From contig OZ360220.1 of the NCBI GenBank assembly GCA_977017645.1, positions 246,574,001-246,638,000 on the forward strand: a stretch of 64,000 nt of DNA, given 5' to 3'. The notes beneath the pieces are model-generated. The model saw nothing but the letters and a program-made list of their open reading frames with translations, was not told where the DNA came from and did not search any database. Origin of the DNA: Torpedo marmorata (lineage: Eukaryota). Positions 37,342 to 50,149 of this stretch are shown one piece after another. Made by a program: the position numbers and the translations under genes. Position 1 is the first letter of the stretch; each line of letters begins with the position of its first letter.

Positions 37342-37546
37342 GTAATGACAGTGATGTTTAAACTGCTGGATCATACAAGGCATGAATCTGAAACCAGGCC
37401 TCTGCTGCAATGAAAAAAAGGTTTTTGTTGTATTTCTTATACTGTTGTTGGATGTTTTCAAAAACTACAGTTCAGTAAATAATGCCAGAGCAATTAATTA
37501 CTAATCCTTTGCCTCCCTGACTGAAAGCATTACTTGATAGAATGAA

Positions 37547-37552
37547 AATAAA
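37547..37552 (+). promoter_or_regulatory. First candidate polyadenylation signal of dmrt1
   Basis: AATAAA about 205 nt after the stop, followed by GT/T-rich gtgttttctttgg. Further AATAAA hexamers occur downstream, so the true 3' end is uncertain. Confidence 0.45.
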
Positions 37553-37720
37553 ATATCCTGCAGTGTTTTCTTTGGCCAGGCTGCATACACTGTGCTATGT
37601 CTCTGAATTATCACTTTTAAAATTTTATGGATCATATGCACACACAATCTAATTAGTTATTTAACAATCGGCCAATTTTCAAAAGTTTAACAATTCTAGG
37701 CCATTCGTAGATAGTTCCTG

Positions 37721-37970
37721 TTCAAGTCAAGTTTATTGTCATCTGATTGTACAAGTACAACCTGACGAAACAGCGTTCTCCGGTACTCGGTTCAAAAACA
37801 TGCAGACACACAACCAGACATAACACATACAGACAAACAATACATATGCAGGACAAGTATTTTATCTATATAAATAAATACTGTTTCGTACAGATGAGAA
37901 TCCTGGATGGTTAGTGTGAGCAGTTCTTTGGTCGTTCAGCATTCTCACTGCCCGTGGGAAGAAGCTGTTC
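37721..37970 (-). mobile_element. Rex/Babar-type LINE 3' end fragment
   Basis: tcaagtcaagtttattgtca tail at the left end. At the right, gggaagaagctgttc is the reverse complement of NSFFP. Confidence 0.8.
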
Positions 37971-40900
37971 AATATCCACCAGAGAATTTATGGTCTCTGT
38001 TGCTTTGAAAGGTGCACTCTTCACCAGGACTGAGAGCTTTTCATTACTTTTTTTGCTAATCAAAGCTCATGAAAATTAATCTTGATAGAAAAAATAATTC
38101 ACGAAAATTAGCAAGTCACTGACTTTTTAATCAGGATTTGTCAAGGGGCTTTGGGAAACAAACGTAAAACAATAAATTAGTCTGAAACCCAAGTGAAATT
38201 CTGTTATTTTAGCAAAAGTATTAACATATTTGCAATAAAATAAACGAATGCTAAGGTAGGTGTACAAATTGAAACAGCACATAAACATGTTTGCTATGAT
38301 TCAAACAATGCAAATTGTCTGCTATAACTGCATAACATTTACCGAAAATTATGAAAATGGTATAGTACTACTCCTGATACTTGGGAACATTGGGCATTTC
38401 TACCATAATTAATAACAGTTGAGTTAAATCCTTCAAACTAGAGATAAAAGTATCAAACATCTAGCTTTGTGTGCCTTGTGTTAGGTGGTGATTTAATTTA
38501 ATTTTAAAATATTAAAAGTTCAATGCCAACAAAGTTTTAAGCTTTGCATCCTAAATATAAACCTCAGCACTCCCTACCCAAGTGATAAGGAATGAAGTTC
38601 TTCTCATAAAGCATCATTTACATTTTACAGTTCCATTAAGTGCTGAAGATATAGATATGAATGTTTATACAAGAGAAAATAGTAAGCAGTAGTTCTTGTA
38701 ACATCATGTACATTCTGAAAATCAGATCCTGAATTTGTACATCATGGTCTTTTTTTTCTTTCTCAATTCCCAGATTAATCATTAGACAGGGCTGCAGAGT
38801 TCAAAATGTCAGAACAGTAACTAAAAACTTTGTATGCAACCTAACATGTTTGTACAATAAGTTCAATATATATAGTATTGTATTTCATATAATAACTGTG
38901 ACACAGACAAAAGCAGATGCGGAAGACATTGAAACTTTGTCCTCATCAGGCTTTTGTCACACACTAGGTTAGGGTGGCAAGTGAAAATTATATTTGCATT
39001 GTTACCATATAGTGAGTCATTTTAAGAGTGAACTGATGTCTGTCAACTCCAACTTTAATATGTTGTCTGCACTTGGCTAAATGTATGTTAATTTTATACT
39101 TATTCAATATGTATTTGTGTGTATTATTTGGTTGAGAGAGATGAACTTTTGCACCAGAATATAGAAGAGGTTATGTCACATCAGATTCAGAAGGAATTGG
39201 CATGAGAAGCACTTTTTTGGTGCCTTAAATTTAAGATTAACTTTGTTCTGAAAATAATTACATGATTGGAACAGCATAAAGTCTGTGGATGGCATATTAT
39301 TACTACTGGCGTCAAGAACCACATGGGGGCTGTCATTCCTTTGGCATTCTCCAATTCATCTGCATCATGTGGGGCACTTGTCCTCTGAAGTCCTGGAATA
39401 ATGCTATTTTTTCCCTAGAGTTGATGAGACTATCATCCATGCTGCCCCACACTATTGCATGGATCCATAACTCCATGGTAATGTGGACATCTTGTGTGCC
39501 CCCCCCTGCTTTTGCCATACACACATGCACTCCCCCACTTGTGAAAATATGTTTTCCTCATTTACGTAAAGATTTTAAAAATGAGATCTGAGGGACAGTA
39601 GCACAAAATCCTTCAAGCTTCTTGCATTCTCTTAAGCTCATGTTGTTGAGATATAAAAGACTCAGTTATGTATCTTTACATATACAACTGACATCCATGG
39701 AAATAATTAACTTTAAAGGAGATGTGGAAGGGAAATTAAATATAGTTTGATGTCTCTTGAACTACAAAAATAGCAGCCCTAATAGAGTGGTAGGATTTTG
39801 CTGCTCTTAGTTTTACTCTTAATCTGCGTTATTGGTGCTAATTTGGTTTTCTTAATTAATTACAGGCTTACATGGTAGTTCTGTATTTGCAATATTCATT
39901 GAACCTGATTGCATTTACAGTACAAATGAAGCATCACTGCAACGAGGTATCACTTTGTATATAGACCATGTGCAGTGACACCAAAGCAAAGTGACTCCTG
40001 GAGGAGGGTGGCTTTTTCCATTTGACTTCAGAAATACTTCCTAATTAACTCCCGATTAACACTATACAAGTTTAGCACTGACATAAAGCTGGAACCAGGC
40101 TGATGCTAAATTTGTAATACGAGTTTAACTAAGGTGTTGCTTCCTCTGGTTCTTAATTTCTTTTTAGCTTATTGGGATAACTCACTATATGGACAATGAA
40201 ATTGTTTATTTTTATACAGGGGGTGGAAAACCTTGTTATGAGTAGAAGAAACCTTTTAAAACATTGCTTGTGAAAGTGTTATTGTTGAGGCATGAATTTT
40301 TAGGGTTAAATTTGATGTAAAACCAGATGTAAGGACTGAAAACATTGCATTTAGTTGGCAAGTCTTAAAACCATGCATTCAAAAATTTGAATCACTTTTA
40401 ACTGTTAAAATCTGACACAAATTGCTTCTTGTCATTGTATTTGTGACTGGGAAGATTTTCAAGATTCACTGCTTCTGTGAAAGCATTCTGAAAAAGCATA
40501 TTTTAGAATTTGCTCACAAAATATTAGGCAGAGTAAATCCTCTAATGTCCTTGCTACACCTTTAACCCATTGTACTGAGTGGAAGTCTTCCCCATCAAGT
40601 TTGATCTAATTATAATCCGACAAAACGCAGAAAGCTTTGATTCTTATTTCCTTTTCATAAGCCTTTAATTAGAGAAGTGTAATTAAAGAAGGTCACTTCA
40701 TCCAAATTCTTTCTGCAAAACATTTGCAGCATCGGGAGGACTGCAAAAGAGTGATACTGAAACAGTTGCTGTTTGTAAACTCTGGCTGTTTTTCTTTTCT
40801 ATTAACTTAGAAAAACAAATCAGACCAGACTTAAAAGAGCCTGCTGATTCAGTATTACCCCTTTTCTACCCCCACTGAAATTCAACCTCAAACTACAAAT

Positions 40901-42669
40901 TAGGATCACATTTTCAAAACAAAACTATCCTGATTTCCTTTCATAAAAAGCCTTGAAGAAATCATGCCTTGCTTACTGTTATTAAACAGAAATCATTTTT
41001 GCTGATGTTGTTTACATTAATGCATTTTACCAAGAGTTTCTGAACAATTTGGTTCTGTGTTATAGTTTTTATCCTTGCATTGAATATCTGAGATAACAAG
41101 CATTAAGGATATATACAGTAGCCACTGACTTAACATAAGATAAAATTTTTGAATTGAATTTCTTGGCAGATGTATATTTGATGCTGAAAAAAGAAATTAC
41201 TTGTATTTTCTTTGCCTTGTGCATTAAAAATGTCTCTGATTTCACCACATCCATTGTAATCAATAACTTGGCCATCTTGTTTTTTTTTATTAAATGCACT
41301 TACTCTTAATTTCATCCACCAGTGATTTTAGGGAGAATAATGTTGAGTTACCTATATGGATCTGACATTATAAATCACTTCTTGAAACCAAATTGTATGG
41401 TAGTATCGATTGATCCTGATATATCACAGAAATTTACTGTCACTTCTGTTTTCAATTAAAGATACAATCAGTCAGATAATGACTTAATTGGATTTCACAG
41501 AAGATTGAGTTTTATTACCCTGTGGTTTACGAGTTTAGTTAAGAAAGACCATTTCATCACACTTGTCAGGCTGCAGCAAGAGTGTGCCCTGGTCCTGTGT
41601 AACAAGCCTGAGTGGTGGAGAAGCCAAGCTAGGAGCTGATGTTGGGTGTTTGCACTGTGCCTGTCTGTTGAAATATCTTATTAAAATTAATAAAACACAT
41701 TCTAAACTATTGGGGTGGCTAGTACTTTGTTGTGCTTTCATTTCATGTTACAAGCACATCGTTAGGAAATAATAACATGTCTTAAGGCAAAAAGAAGTCA
41801 ACAAACCATTGAATTGTTCACATAATCAGAAAGTAAAACTAAATCTCTCCTTTAACAAGTGTAAGAAATCATCAAACCTGATGAAGCAGTATTAATTGTT
41901 GGGAATAATGTTGCAATGGGGAGTAATATGATCCTGTTACTCAAATAATGGGCTACAATGTGAAGATATCCCTTTATTGAAGATTCAGTGTTTTCTTTAG
42001 CTTCAAAATGAAAATAATTGAATTCAAGGAAAAGATAATGTTTTATCGATGATAAAAGAAAGATAATTTTGAATAGATTTTTTTTAATTGGCAAAAAATT
42101 GCTTGTATGAATTTTCAAAATACAAAATGTGAGACAGAACAACATTTCCACCATCTAGTGTTGCCATAATTCATAGAGACAGCAAAAAATACTGAAATAA
42201 TATAAAAAATAAGTAATCAATTGAAGCAATTTTGTCGACATAATTACACAATGATAGCTTGATAAATAACCTCGTGACACCATAAACTCAAAAATAATAA
42301 CGTTGTCCATTTGCTGCTGATATCCTGTTTTGACCTGTTTTATGCTACTAATGATACGAGTATAATCAATTTAGTTGATGTTTGTAATCTTTCCAAGAAG
42401 TGAAATAGTGGTTGACAGTTTCACAACATGTATATTTTGATAGAAGTTATAGTTGCTAACTGGGAAAGAGTTTCTTATTCATCATTCTCCATTGATGATG
42501 GAGGCATGTCGGAGTCATTTGAGCAAAATCCTTTTAAGATATTGGAACATTGATGTTGTTGCAGTGGGAGCCAGCAGTGAACAAACAATGCACCACCCTT
42601 CATTGCACTTAAACTTGCCCATAGGTTCTCTTTGGGCTATTGTACAGCAATAGTTAGAATGCCAAAGCA

Positions 42670-44000
42670 ACACAGGAACAAAAGAAAGAGAAGTAGAAGT
42701 AGGCCATTTGGCCCATCATGCCTGCTTCACCATTTAATTAACGTTCATGGGTGATCTTTTGCCCCAGTACCACTTTTCTGCATAACGCCACATCCCTCAA
42801 TTCTCTTAATATCAAAAAAGTATTGATCTCTCTCTCTCTTGAATATACTATTTAAGTGAGCCTCCACACCCCCAGTGACACGGAATTCCAATCATTTTCT
42901 TTTTCTCTCCACTTTAATGGATAGGAAACTATTTCAGGCATGTGGGCCAAACACAGACAAATGGGACTAAGTTGGGTAGAAAACTTGGTTGGCACGGGCA
43001 GGTTATGTCTCAGAGCCCACATCTGTCCACATCTGACTTCTCGTCAGAAAATCGTCCTTTCACACAGGAAGAAATTAAAAAGGCCTTGAGCTCGCTACAG
43101 GTGGGAAAATCACCGGGTGAAGATGGTTTTCCACCAGAATTTTACAGAGAATTTAAAGATTTATTGATGCCTTTTATTATGGACGTAATTGATAGAGCAG
43201 CTCAAACACAAACACTGCCTGAATCATTTTCCTCTGCAATAATTACAGTAATTCCAAAGAAAAATAAAGATCCTTTGAAATGTTCTTCATATCGCCCTAT
43301 TTCACTTTTAAATGCAGATTATAAAATAATCTCTAAAATATTGGCGAATAGATTTAGTGATTGTTTACCGAGATTAATAAATCCAGACCAATGTGGTTTT
43401 ATTAAGAAACGGTTTTCTTCCAATAATTTATGTAGATTTTTTAATATAATACATTTAGCAAAATCTAGAGGTGAACCAAGTGTACAATACGTTCCTGATG
43501 TGAGCTCTGTATAATGGTAGCAAGATGTCTTTCTTCCTGTACTGAAATTCTATTGCAAAAAAGGCCAACGTGCAGTTCATCTTCCTGTTTGTAAGTGTAC
43601 ATCATTTTTAGTGATTCCTGTACAGTACAGAAAGTCACTGAACAACTTCATCACTCAGTCTTTCACAGTTTGGTGTTTTGTTTCAAGCAGAGTGAATAGC
43701 GTTATATTTTCCCACACTATATTCCATCTGCCTTGTCCTCACCCATTTATTTAATTTATGTCTCTTCCCCCTAAATCTTGACCCCATCCTCAAGCCCAAA
43801 CTCATGCCCAACTTTGTAATTTGAGCAAACTTTGATACAATACTTAATCCCTCATTTAAATCTTAATGTTCATTGGGACTCGCAACATCGATCCCTGTGG
43901 AGCCTCTGAGTTGCAGCTTTCCGTCTTGAGAATGATTATTCCTCTTCTCTGTTTTCTGTCCATTTAATTAATCATCAATCTGACCCAATATATTACTTTT
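42670..44000 (-). mobile_element. Old CR1 relic(s), interrupted
   Basis: gaagtaggccatttggcccatcatgcctgct (antisense CR1 3' end) at 42695 and antisense RT-like pieces at 43483-43990. Boundaries approximate. Confidence 0.6.
43040..43482 (+). mobile_element. Internal L1 ORF2 (RT N-terminal) fragment
   Basis: PFTQEEIKKALSSLQVGKSPGEDGFPPEFY...YRPISLLNADYKIISKILANR...DQCGFIK. No 3'UTR or A tail. Confidence 0.9.
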
Positions 44001-44499
44001 TTAATGTACCATAGCCAACTCTGTACTTCTGTTAATTGGACTTAAGACTGATTTCAAACTGAACTAAATCACTTTCAATTTTTACATACAGTTCTATCTT
44101 ATTGTCATTACTATTCCCTAAAGGCCCTGTAACTCAGATAATTAATTAACTTTTTTTTTAAATTACACTATACTAAAGCTATAATAGACTGTTCTCTTGT
44201 TGGTTCTTCACAATACTGATGTAGAATACTGTCTCTTGTACACTCCCTGAATTTGTCCTCCACGTTATCACTCCAAATACAACAGATGATCTGGAGTTAA
44301 TGTAAATATGTGATTCTGATTTAAGAGTCAGACATATAACCTGAATCAGGAATGTTAGAATATAAAATTGAAGGCAAGTTCAGGGAAAATGAGACAAAAA
44401 TAAAATGAAAAACTTATTTTAAATCAACAAGATTCAAAGTCAGTCTCTGTGCTTTTTAAAGTAAATGTTCAGTGCCGTATAAATTTACAGTAAAAAGTC

Positions 44500-46400
44500 A
44501 AAAATAAAAAATGATGGAAATCTCAGTAGGTCAGGCAGCAACAGAGTTAACATTTTGGGTCTTCCATCAGAGCTGGGGAAAGAGAGATGTTCCAGTTTAT
44601 TTTTCTATCTCTTTTTCTGATAACCTTGTCTGTTTTGTTATCTCTTACACTTCCCTCAGACATAGCTTTTGTTATTCAGTGGTCCTTACCACCCTCTTTC
44701 AACAAGAACCATCATCACAAGGGAATATGAAATGGGTGGTTTACAACTTCCTAATTTCCAAAATTATTATAAAGCAGCTCAACTAAAATTTGTTAATGAA
44801 TTTGATTCAACTAAATCTTCTGCTTGGATTAAAATAGAATTAAATAATATAGGAGAAGATTCCAAAGAAGAAGTTATTTATAAATGGGATTCTAAATTAA
44901 TATCAAAAAGAAAGAAAAATTCGCCTATTTTTAAACATTTGTTAGAAATATGGAATAAGACGGATAAGGAAATAGGAGGAAAAGGATTGATTTCTTCAAG
45001 GATGCCTTTATATCAAAATGGACTTATTCCATTTACTATTAATAATCGATTATTTAAAATTTGGTTTCAAAAAGGAATTAAGAAGATTAATGATTGTTTT
45101 GATGCTGGGAAATTTATTACTTTTCAAAGAATGAAAGATAAATTTAATATATTAGATAATACACTTTTTGCTTATTATCAAATTAGAGCTTTTTTGATTG
45201 AGAAATTAGGTTATGCTTTGATTTTACCAAGACAGAATGAATTAGAATTATTAGTTACTAAAGGAGATGTCAATAAATTTATTTCTCAAATGTATAAATT
45301 GTTTCAGAGGAAAATGCCTAAAGTAGGAATTCATAAATCAAGATTAAAATGGGAATTAGATTTGAATGTAAGAATAGATGAAGATCATTGGAAAGAATTA
45401 TGTAAATTAAGTATGACGAAGATTATTAATGTTAGATATAGATTAGTACAATACAATTTTTTTCATCAATTATATTTAACACCTAAAAAATTAAAGAAAT
45501 TTAATCTGATATTATCAGGTTTATGTTTTAGATGTAATAAAGAGGAAGGATCTTTTGTACACTCTACATGGTTTTGTCCAAAAGTTTATGATTTTTGGTT
45601 GAAAGTTAAAATTTTTTTAGATAAAGTATTTAAGATTACATTTCCAATGGATCCTATGATATTTTTGTTTGGCGATATTATAAAATTTAGTATCAAGATG
45701 AAATTAAATATGTATCAAATAGAATTTTTGCGAATTGTTTTAGCTGTTTCAAAAAAATGTATTGCTATTACTTGTAAATCTGATTTAGATTTAGGATTAG
45801 AAAGATGGCATGCAGAACTTCGTTCGTGTATACCACTTGAAAAAATTACTTATAATTTACGTAACAAATATCATTTCTTCTTAAAAATTTGGAGCCCATA
45901 TATGAAAGTTGTTGGCTTAAGGATTTGAAGATCTCTTGGTATCGGATCTACTGGCATACTTGACCTCCATAATAGAATTAGTTTATAGATTGGCATTCTC
46001 CTTATTCTATCTTTTTCTTTTTTTTTTCTTCTTCTTTTCTATTTTTATTTAATATTTTTATTTTTATTAGATTAGTGGGGTTGGGAGGGTTGGGGAGGGG
46101 TGGGGGGGAGGGGGGGTGAAAATGTACCACAAATAACTTGATAATTTTATATTTTATTTTATGTAATTTGTGATTTAAAAATTTTAAATAAAATATTTTT
46201 TAAAAAAACAAGGGACATTCAATCTTTCCTTGGTTTCCATGCACAGACCCTTCCTTTGGTTCACTCTCACATTTCTCTCTGCAATAATACCTGTTTTCCC
46301 AGTTTTGATGAAAAGTAATTGACCTGTAATATTAACTTTGTTTCCATCTCTACAGATGTCGCCTAACTTCATGTTTTTATTTCAGTTTTCCAGGTTTTGA
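44500..46400 (+). mobile_element. Old Penelope derivative split by L1 copy C
   Basis: Inverted terminal piece at 44505-44575, and a terminal/hammerhead remnant ttgatgaaaagtaattgacctgtaatattaac...tacagatg at 46305-46385. Confidence 0.6.
44725..46207 (+). mobile_element. L1-clade LINE copy C
   Basis: Open frame YEMGGLQLPNF to VGLRI* (stop at 45928), nearly identical to copy B. 8-bp TSD ACAAGGGA (44717-24, 46208-15). Confidence 0.95.
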
Positions 46401-48789
46401 GTAATATTGCTTTTACATTAGTAGTAAAAATCCAGTTATGATTGAACAAACCTAAAATTATATGGCATGTTTAATTGTTATCTAGTAGTTAGGAACCACA
46501 AACCCATGTTAGTCATTCATTTGATGGTCAAGTCACAGTGAAATAGTGGAAGAACAAAGAAATGAGTCAGATGATTGTGAATTTCTTCTACTCTGAAGAT
46601 TTGGGAAAGTGGCATTGATGCACTGTTGGGTTTTCCCACATTAAGCAGGTACTTAACTCAGAAGTAGTTTGTTGTGTATTTAAATTGTTTTGGGCATTAC
46701 GGATGTGAGAAGGGCTAGATAAATAAATGTATTTTTTAAAATATAAATGTATTACTCTTCCTCACCATTCATGTCTTGGAAATGAAATTTGGATGCCACA
46801 GGTGCTTTGTGCTTTATGTTCTCAGCTACAATCTATGTCATGTTGGCAACTAGATGGTACTAATTATCACTGAGCTGGTGATGACACAGATCGTTCTTCC
46901 TGGAGCATATAACTAGTGGGACGTTTAAAATGAATTTTATTTCACATAACAATTTTCCCAACCTCTCCAGAAACTTGCTCTGATTTGAACAAGAGATGTT
47001 TCAAATTTCTGTCTAATTAAAAGAATTATTGTAAAGGTTGGGTACTCATATTCTCCTATCACATGCAGAATATGTTACATGACTTATGGCAGAAAAATTG
47101 TTGAGGAACAACCATAACATTCTCAGGAGGGATTTTAATATTTCTAAAGGGACTCTTGTTTTAATAATGGCGCTGGATTACTTGGACATTTTGTTTGCCT
47201 TTGCAGGTCAAGCAAAACAAAGCTTTCAACGTACACATGACAAAAGTTGAATCTTGAATCTGATGATCCACTACAAATCTGGAGAAATCCTATTACTAAC
47301 ATGTTGTTTCTCAAAGATCCTCATTGAAGTTATAATGAAAGGTCTGGAAAATCTTCCACTCTCCTGCCACCTGACTTTGAGCTTCATGAGTGAAAATAAT
47401 CTACATTAAGTATTTTAGCTGATTTCATCAAAAAGAACATGAATGCTTATTTAAAGAGTGAGATGTTGATTTCAGTGTTCCAGCTAACATCTCGACAACA
47501 GACCATTCAGTAGCAGTTTGTGACACCTTGTAGAGATACTGCCTGCTAAATTGCTTACCTACAGTAACCACAATTAACAAAATTGCTTTGGGAAAAGCTC
47601 AGAACGTGTCAGCCATGCGTAAGGCATGGTGCTAGTGAGAAAACAAGAAGTCCTTGAGTTTAAATCCCACCAATTTTTTTTTTAAAAAGTAAGTGCAAAA
47701 GTGCAATTAGTTTGGGAGCTTGGCTGTTAGATCGATTTGCTCATGACTTTCAGGTAAAAAAAAAAATCTATCCAACGTGCCCTAACCTGTACACATCAAC
47801 AACAGCACATCACTGGGGCAGTTTTAACACTGCGCACTCAAGGGGAAGTTTAAACTACCTGAAGGATTTGATTCCATTGATACAACTGTTATTTTAACAA
47901 TGGGATGACGAGGACAGTGGTTTTGCCTTTCCCACCAAGTCATTTGAAGGAAAGAGAAGCAAACACAGATAAGAGTTCTAGGTCGAGTCACTTTTTCCAA
48001 TAGTGCAGAATTTTTTATGCTATATTTTATTTGAAGTACATCATCATTTTTGTGCACTCTGATAACAATTGGCAAATTGTACAAGAATGATGACACCTAC
48101 ATAAAACTTGCTGAAGCACTGTTGACAAATAATATGGGTCTTTTGAATACTGGAACAGGTCTTTAACCGGAGGGTCGAGACTTGCTCCTGCATTAGTTAA
48201 TGGACCCATCCTTGCTTGGACTTCCTTTAACCAGGTACACTGTTTGATCTTACCAGCTATGGTTATCAAATCCCTGGCAGCATTCCTATGGATGTCTTCT
48301 TGGCCTAGTGATTCCCTCTGCCAGTCTTCCTCGTTGATGTTCTGCCTGACCCCTGATGTCATCCCATTCTTTGATCTCCACAGAAAAGAACCTAACATGC
48401 CTAACGAGGGGAAGGACTGTGCTAGGTTCAATGAACTCCATAGTATTGTTGTTAATTAATTCACTTACATGTATGATTGAAAAAATCTTATTAAAAATCA
48501 CGAGAGGGCTAAATAAAAGAGCACTTGAAATCTGGCACAGGGATAGACATGAATGGTTAATTTGCATTTAAATTATTTGGTGAAGGTATCACACTGATAA
48601 TTTCAGTACATAGTGCTAACCATGATGTTGATTACCCTAGCTCATTATCACATGGCCCAATATCATTAGCCCAAGCTAATGTCATAATTAATATCAGTCT
48701 ACAATTCTTAAAAAAGATTCATTCTGGCCGTGGAAGAAGGTGCAGGACATTGTGGATGTGATTGCAACTTGGTGGAAGACATGGCACAA

Positions 48790-48985
48790 CATGGAGAGTG
48801 AGCTCCATTATTTTACTGAAGAACTTGGTGAACAGCAAGCAGGATGCCCTTTATCGTTTCAGCAGGAGAACCTCCCCATCTAAGTGGGCTGTGGTAGGAG
48901 ACATCTCTGTGATATCTCTGGAGGTAAGTGCCAGGAGTCAAGCCACAAATGTCTGGATACAGTGCCGCAAGAGGTTCAGTTGTCA
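48790..48985 (+). pseudogene. Possible PIF/Harbinger Myb/SANT-like ORF relic
   Basis: LLKNLVNSKQDALY...LEVSARSQATNVWIQCRKRF resembles the Harbinger Myb/SANT helix pattern (EVS...RTW.QCRK[KR]FNDL). No TIRs or transposase confirmed. Confidence 0.45.
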
Positions 48986-49489
48986 TCTTATGCATGACCA
49001 AAATCACTGCATCATTGCATGTCACATCCTACCAGCTTCATCACTTAACCAAACATCTCTGTCAGTACACAAATCTGATATATGATCTACCATAATTTGC
49101 ACACTTGCATCACTCCAAGGTCTACTAACTACTAGTACATCAATAATCACATCATCTGTGAAACACTAATAACTTGCGTCTTCCTAAAAATGCAGTGTAA
49201 AACTGGAATTACTTGGCCCAGATCAGCTTGGTCTCAAACAGTAAGGGTATCGTTCCTGCTGCTGTATAGTCAACTTCTAAGGACGTGGTGGGAATTCATG
49301 GTTGTGCTTCTATTGGACAATGTAGTGATTGACGTCATGATTTGCCTATTCCATATTTTGTTTCGCCAAGTGATCACCTTTCCCAACTTTGCGACTGGTG
49401 CAATACAGCGCAGATGGGTATGTGTGCAGCAACCAGCTCGCTGAAAGCAAATCTGCAGCGTGGCAGACGAAACAACGATGTCACTCACA

Positions 49490-49575
49490 GCTGTTGGAAA
49501 CACTCATCAGGCCAGGCAACATCGACGGAAAGAGAAATACATTAATATTTAGGCTGAAGACCCTTCATCAGATCA
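49490..49575 (-). mobile_element. Penelope terminal fragment with hammerhead remnant
   Basis: Reverse complement CTGATGAAGGGTCTTCAGCCTAAAT...gcctggcctgatgagtgtttcca. CUGAUGA is intact; the GAAA box is lost. Confidence 0.65.
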
Positions 49576-49944
49576 AGGGAAGAAAAAACGATAGTTTTGC
49601 TGCTCCGCTGAGTAATAATGTAGAGCAAAACTTGCAATCCGTGTTTAATTTTGCAAGAGAAATTTTCTTGATGGAAACAACGCAACAATGGAGTGAATTC
49701 ACTTGGAAATATTCATGCGAGTGTAAAACTAAGCTAAAGGCAAAAAAGAGGGCATAATAGCAATGGACATGTCAAAATGCAAGAGGAGATCGCCACTTAG
49801 TATAAAACAATAGGAGTGTGTGCAGGTTTATTTGTAAAAGTCTGAATAATTTAGCAACTGATAAATTTGTGCATCTCATAATGTAGAAACTAATCCCATT
49901 TTACATTTCAGCGAGCGACTGATTTAAATTGCCTAAAGGACTAA

Positions 49945-50145
49945 AAGACCGAAAGATATAGAACCAAAATGTGGCCATTCAGCCCATCGAGTCTGCTCCG
50001 CCATTCAAATCATGGTTGATGTATTCTTCCTTTCAACCCCATTTTCCTGCCTTTGTACCAACCTCCGCTTTAAATCTATCCAAATTACTTGGCCTCCACT
50101 ACTGTCTGTGGCAACGAATTCCACAGATTCACCACCCTCTGTCTC
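49945..50145 (-). mobile_element. CR1 3' end (continues at ~51710-51930)
   Basis: ggccattcagcccatcgagtctgctccgccattc and gaattccacagattcaccaccctct are antisense CR1 3' motifs. Confidence 0.75.
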
Positions 50146-50149
50146 CTTC

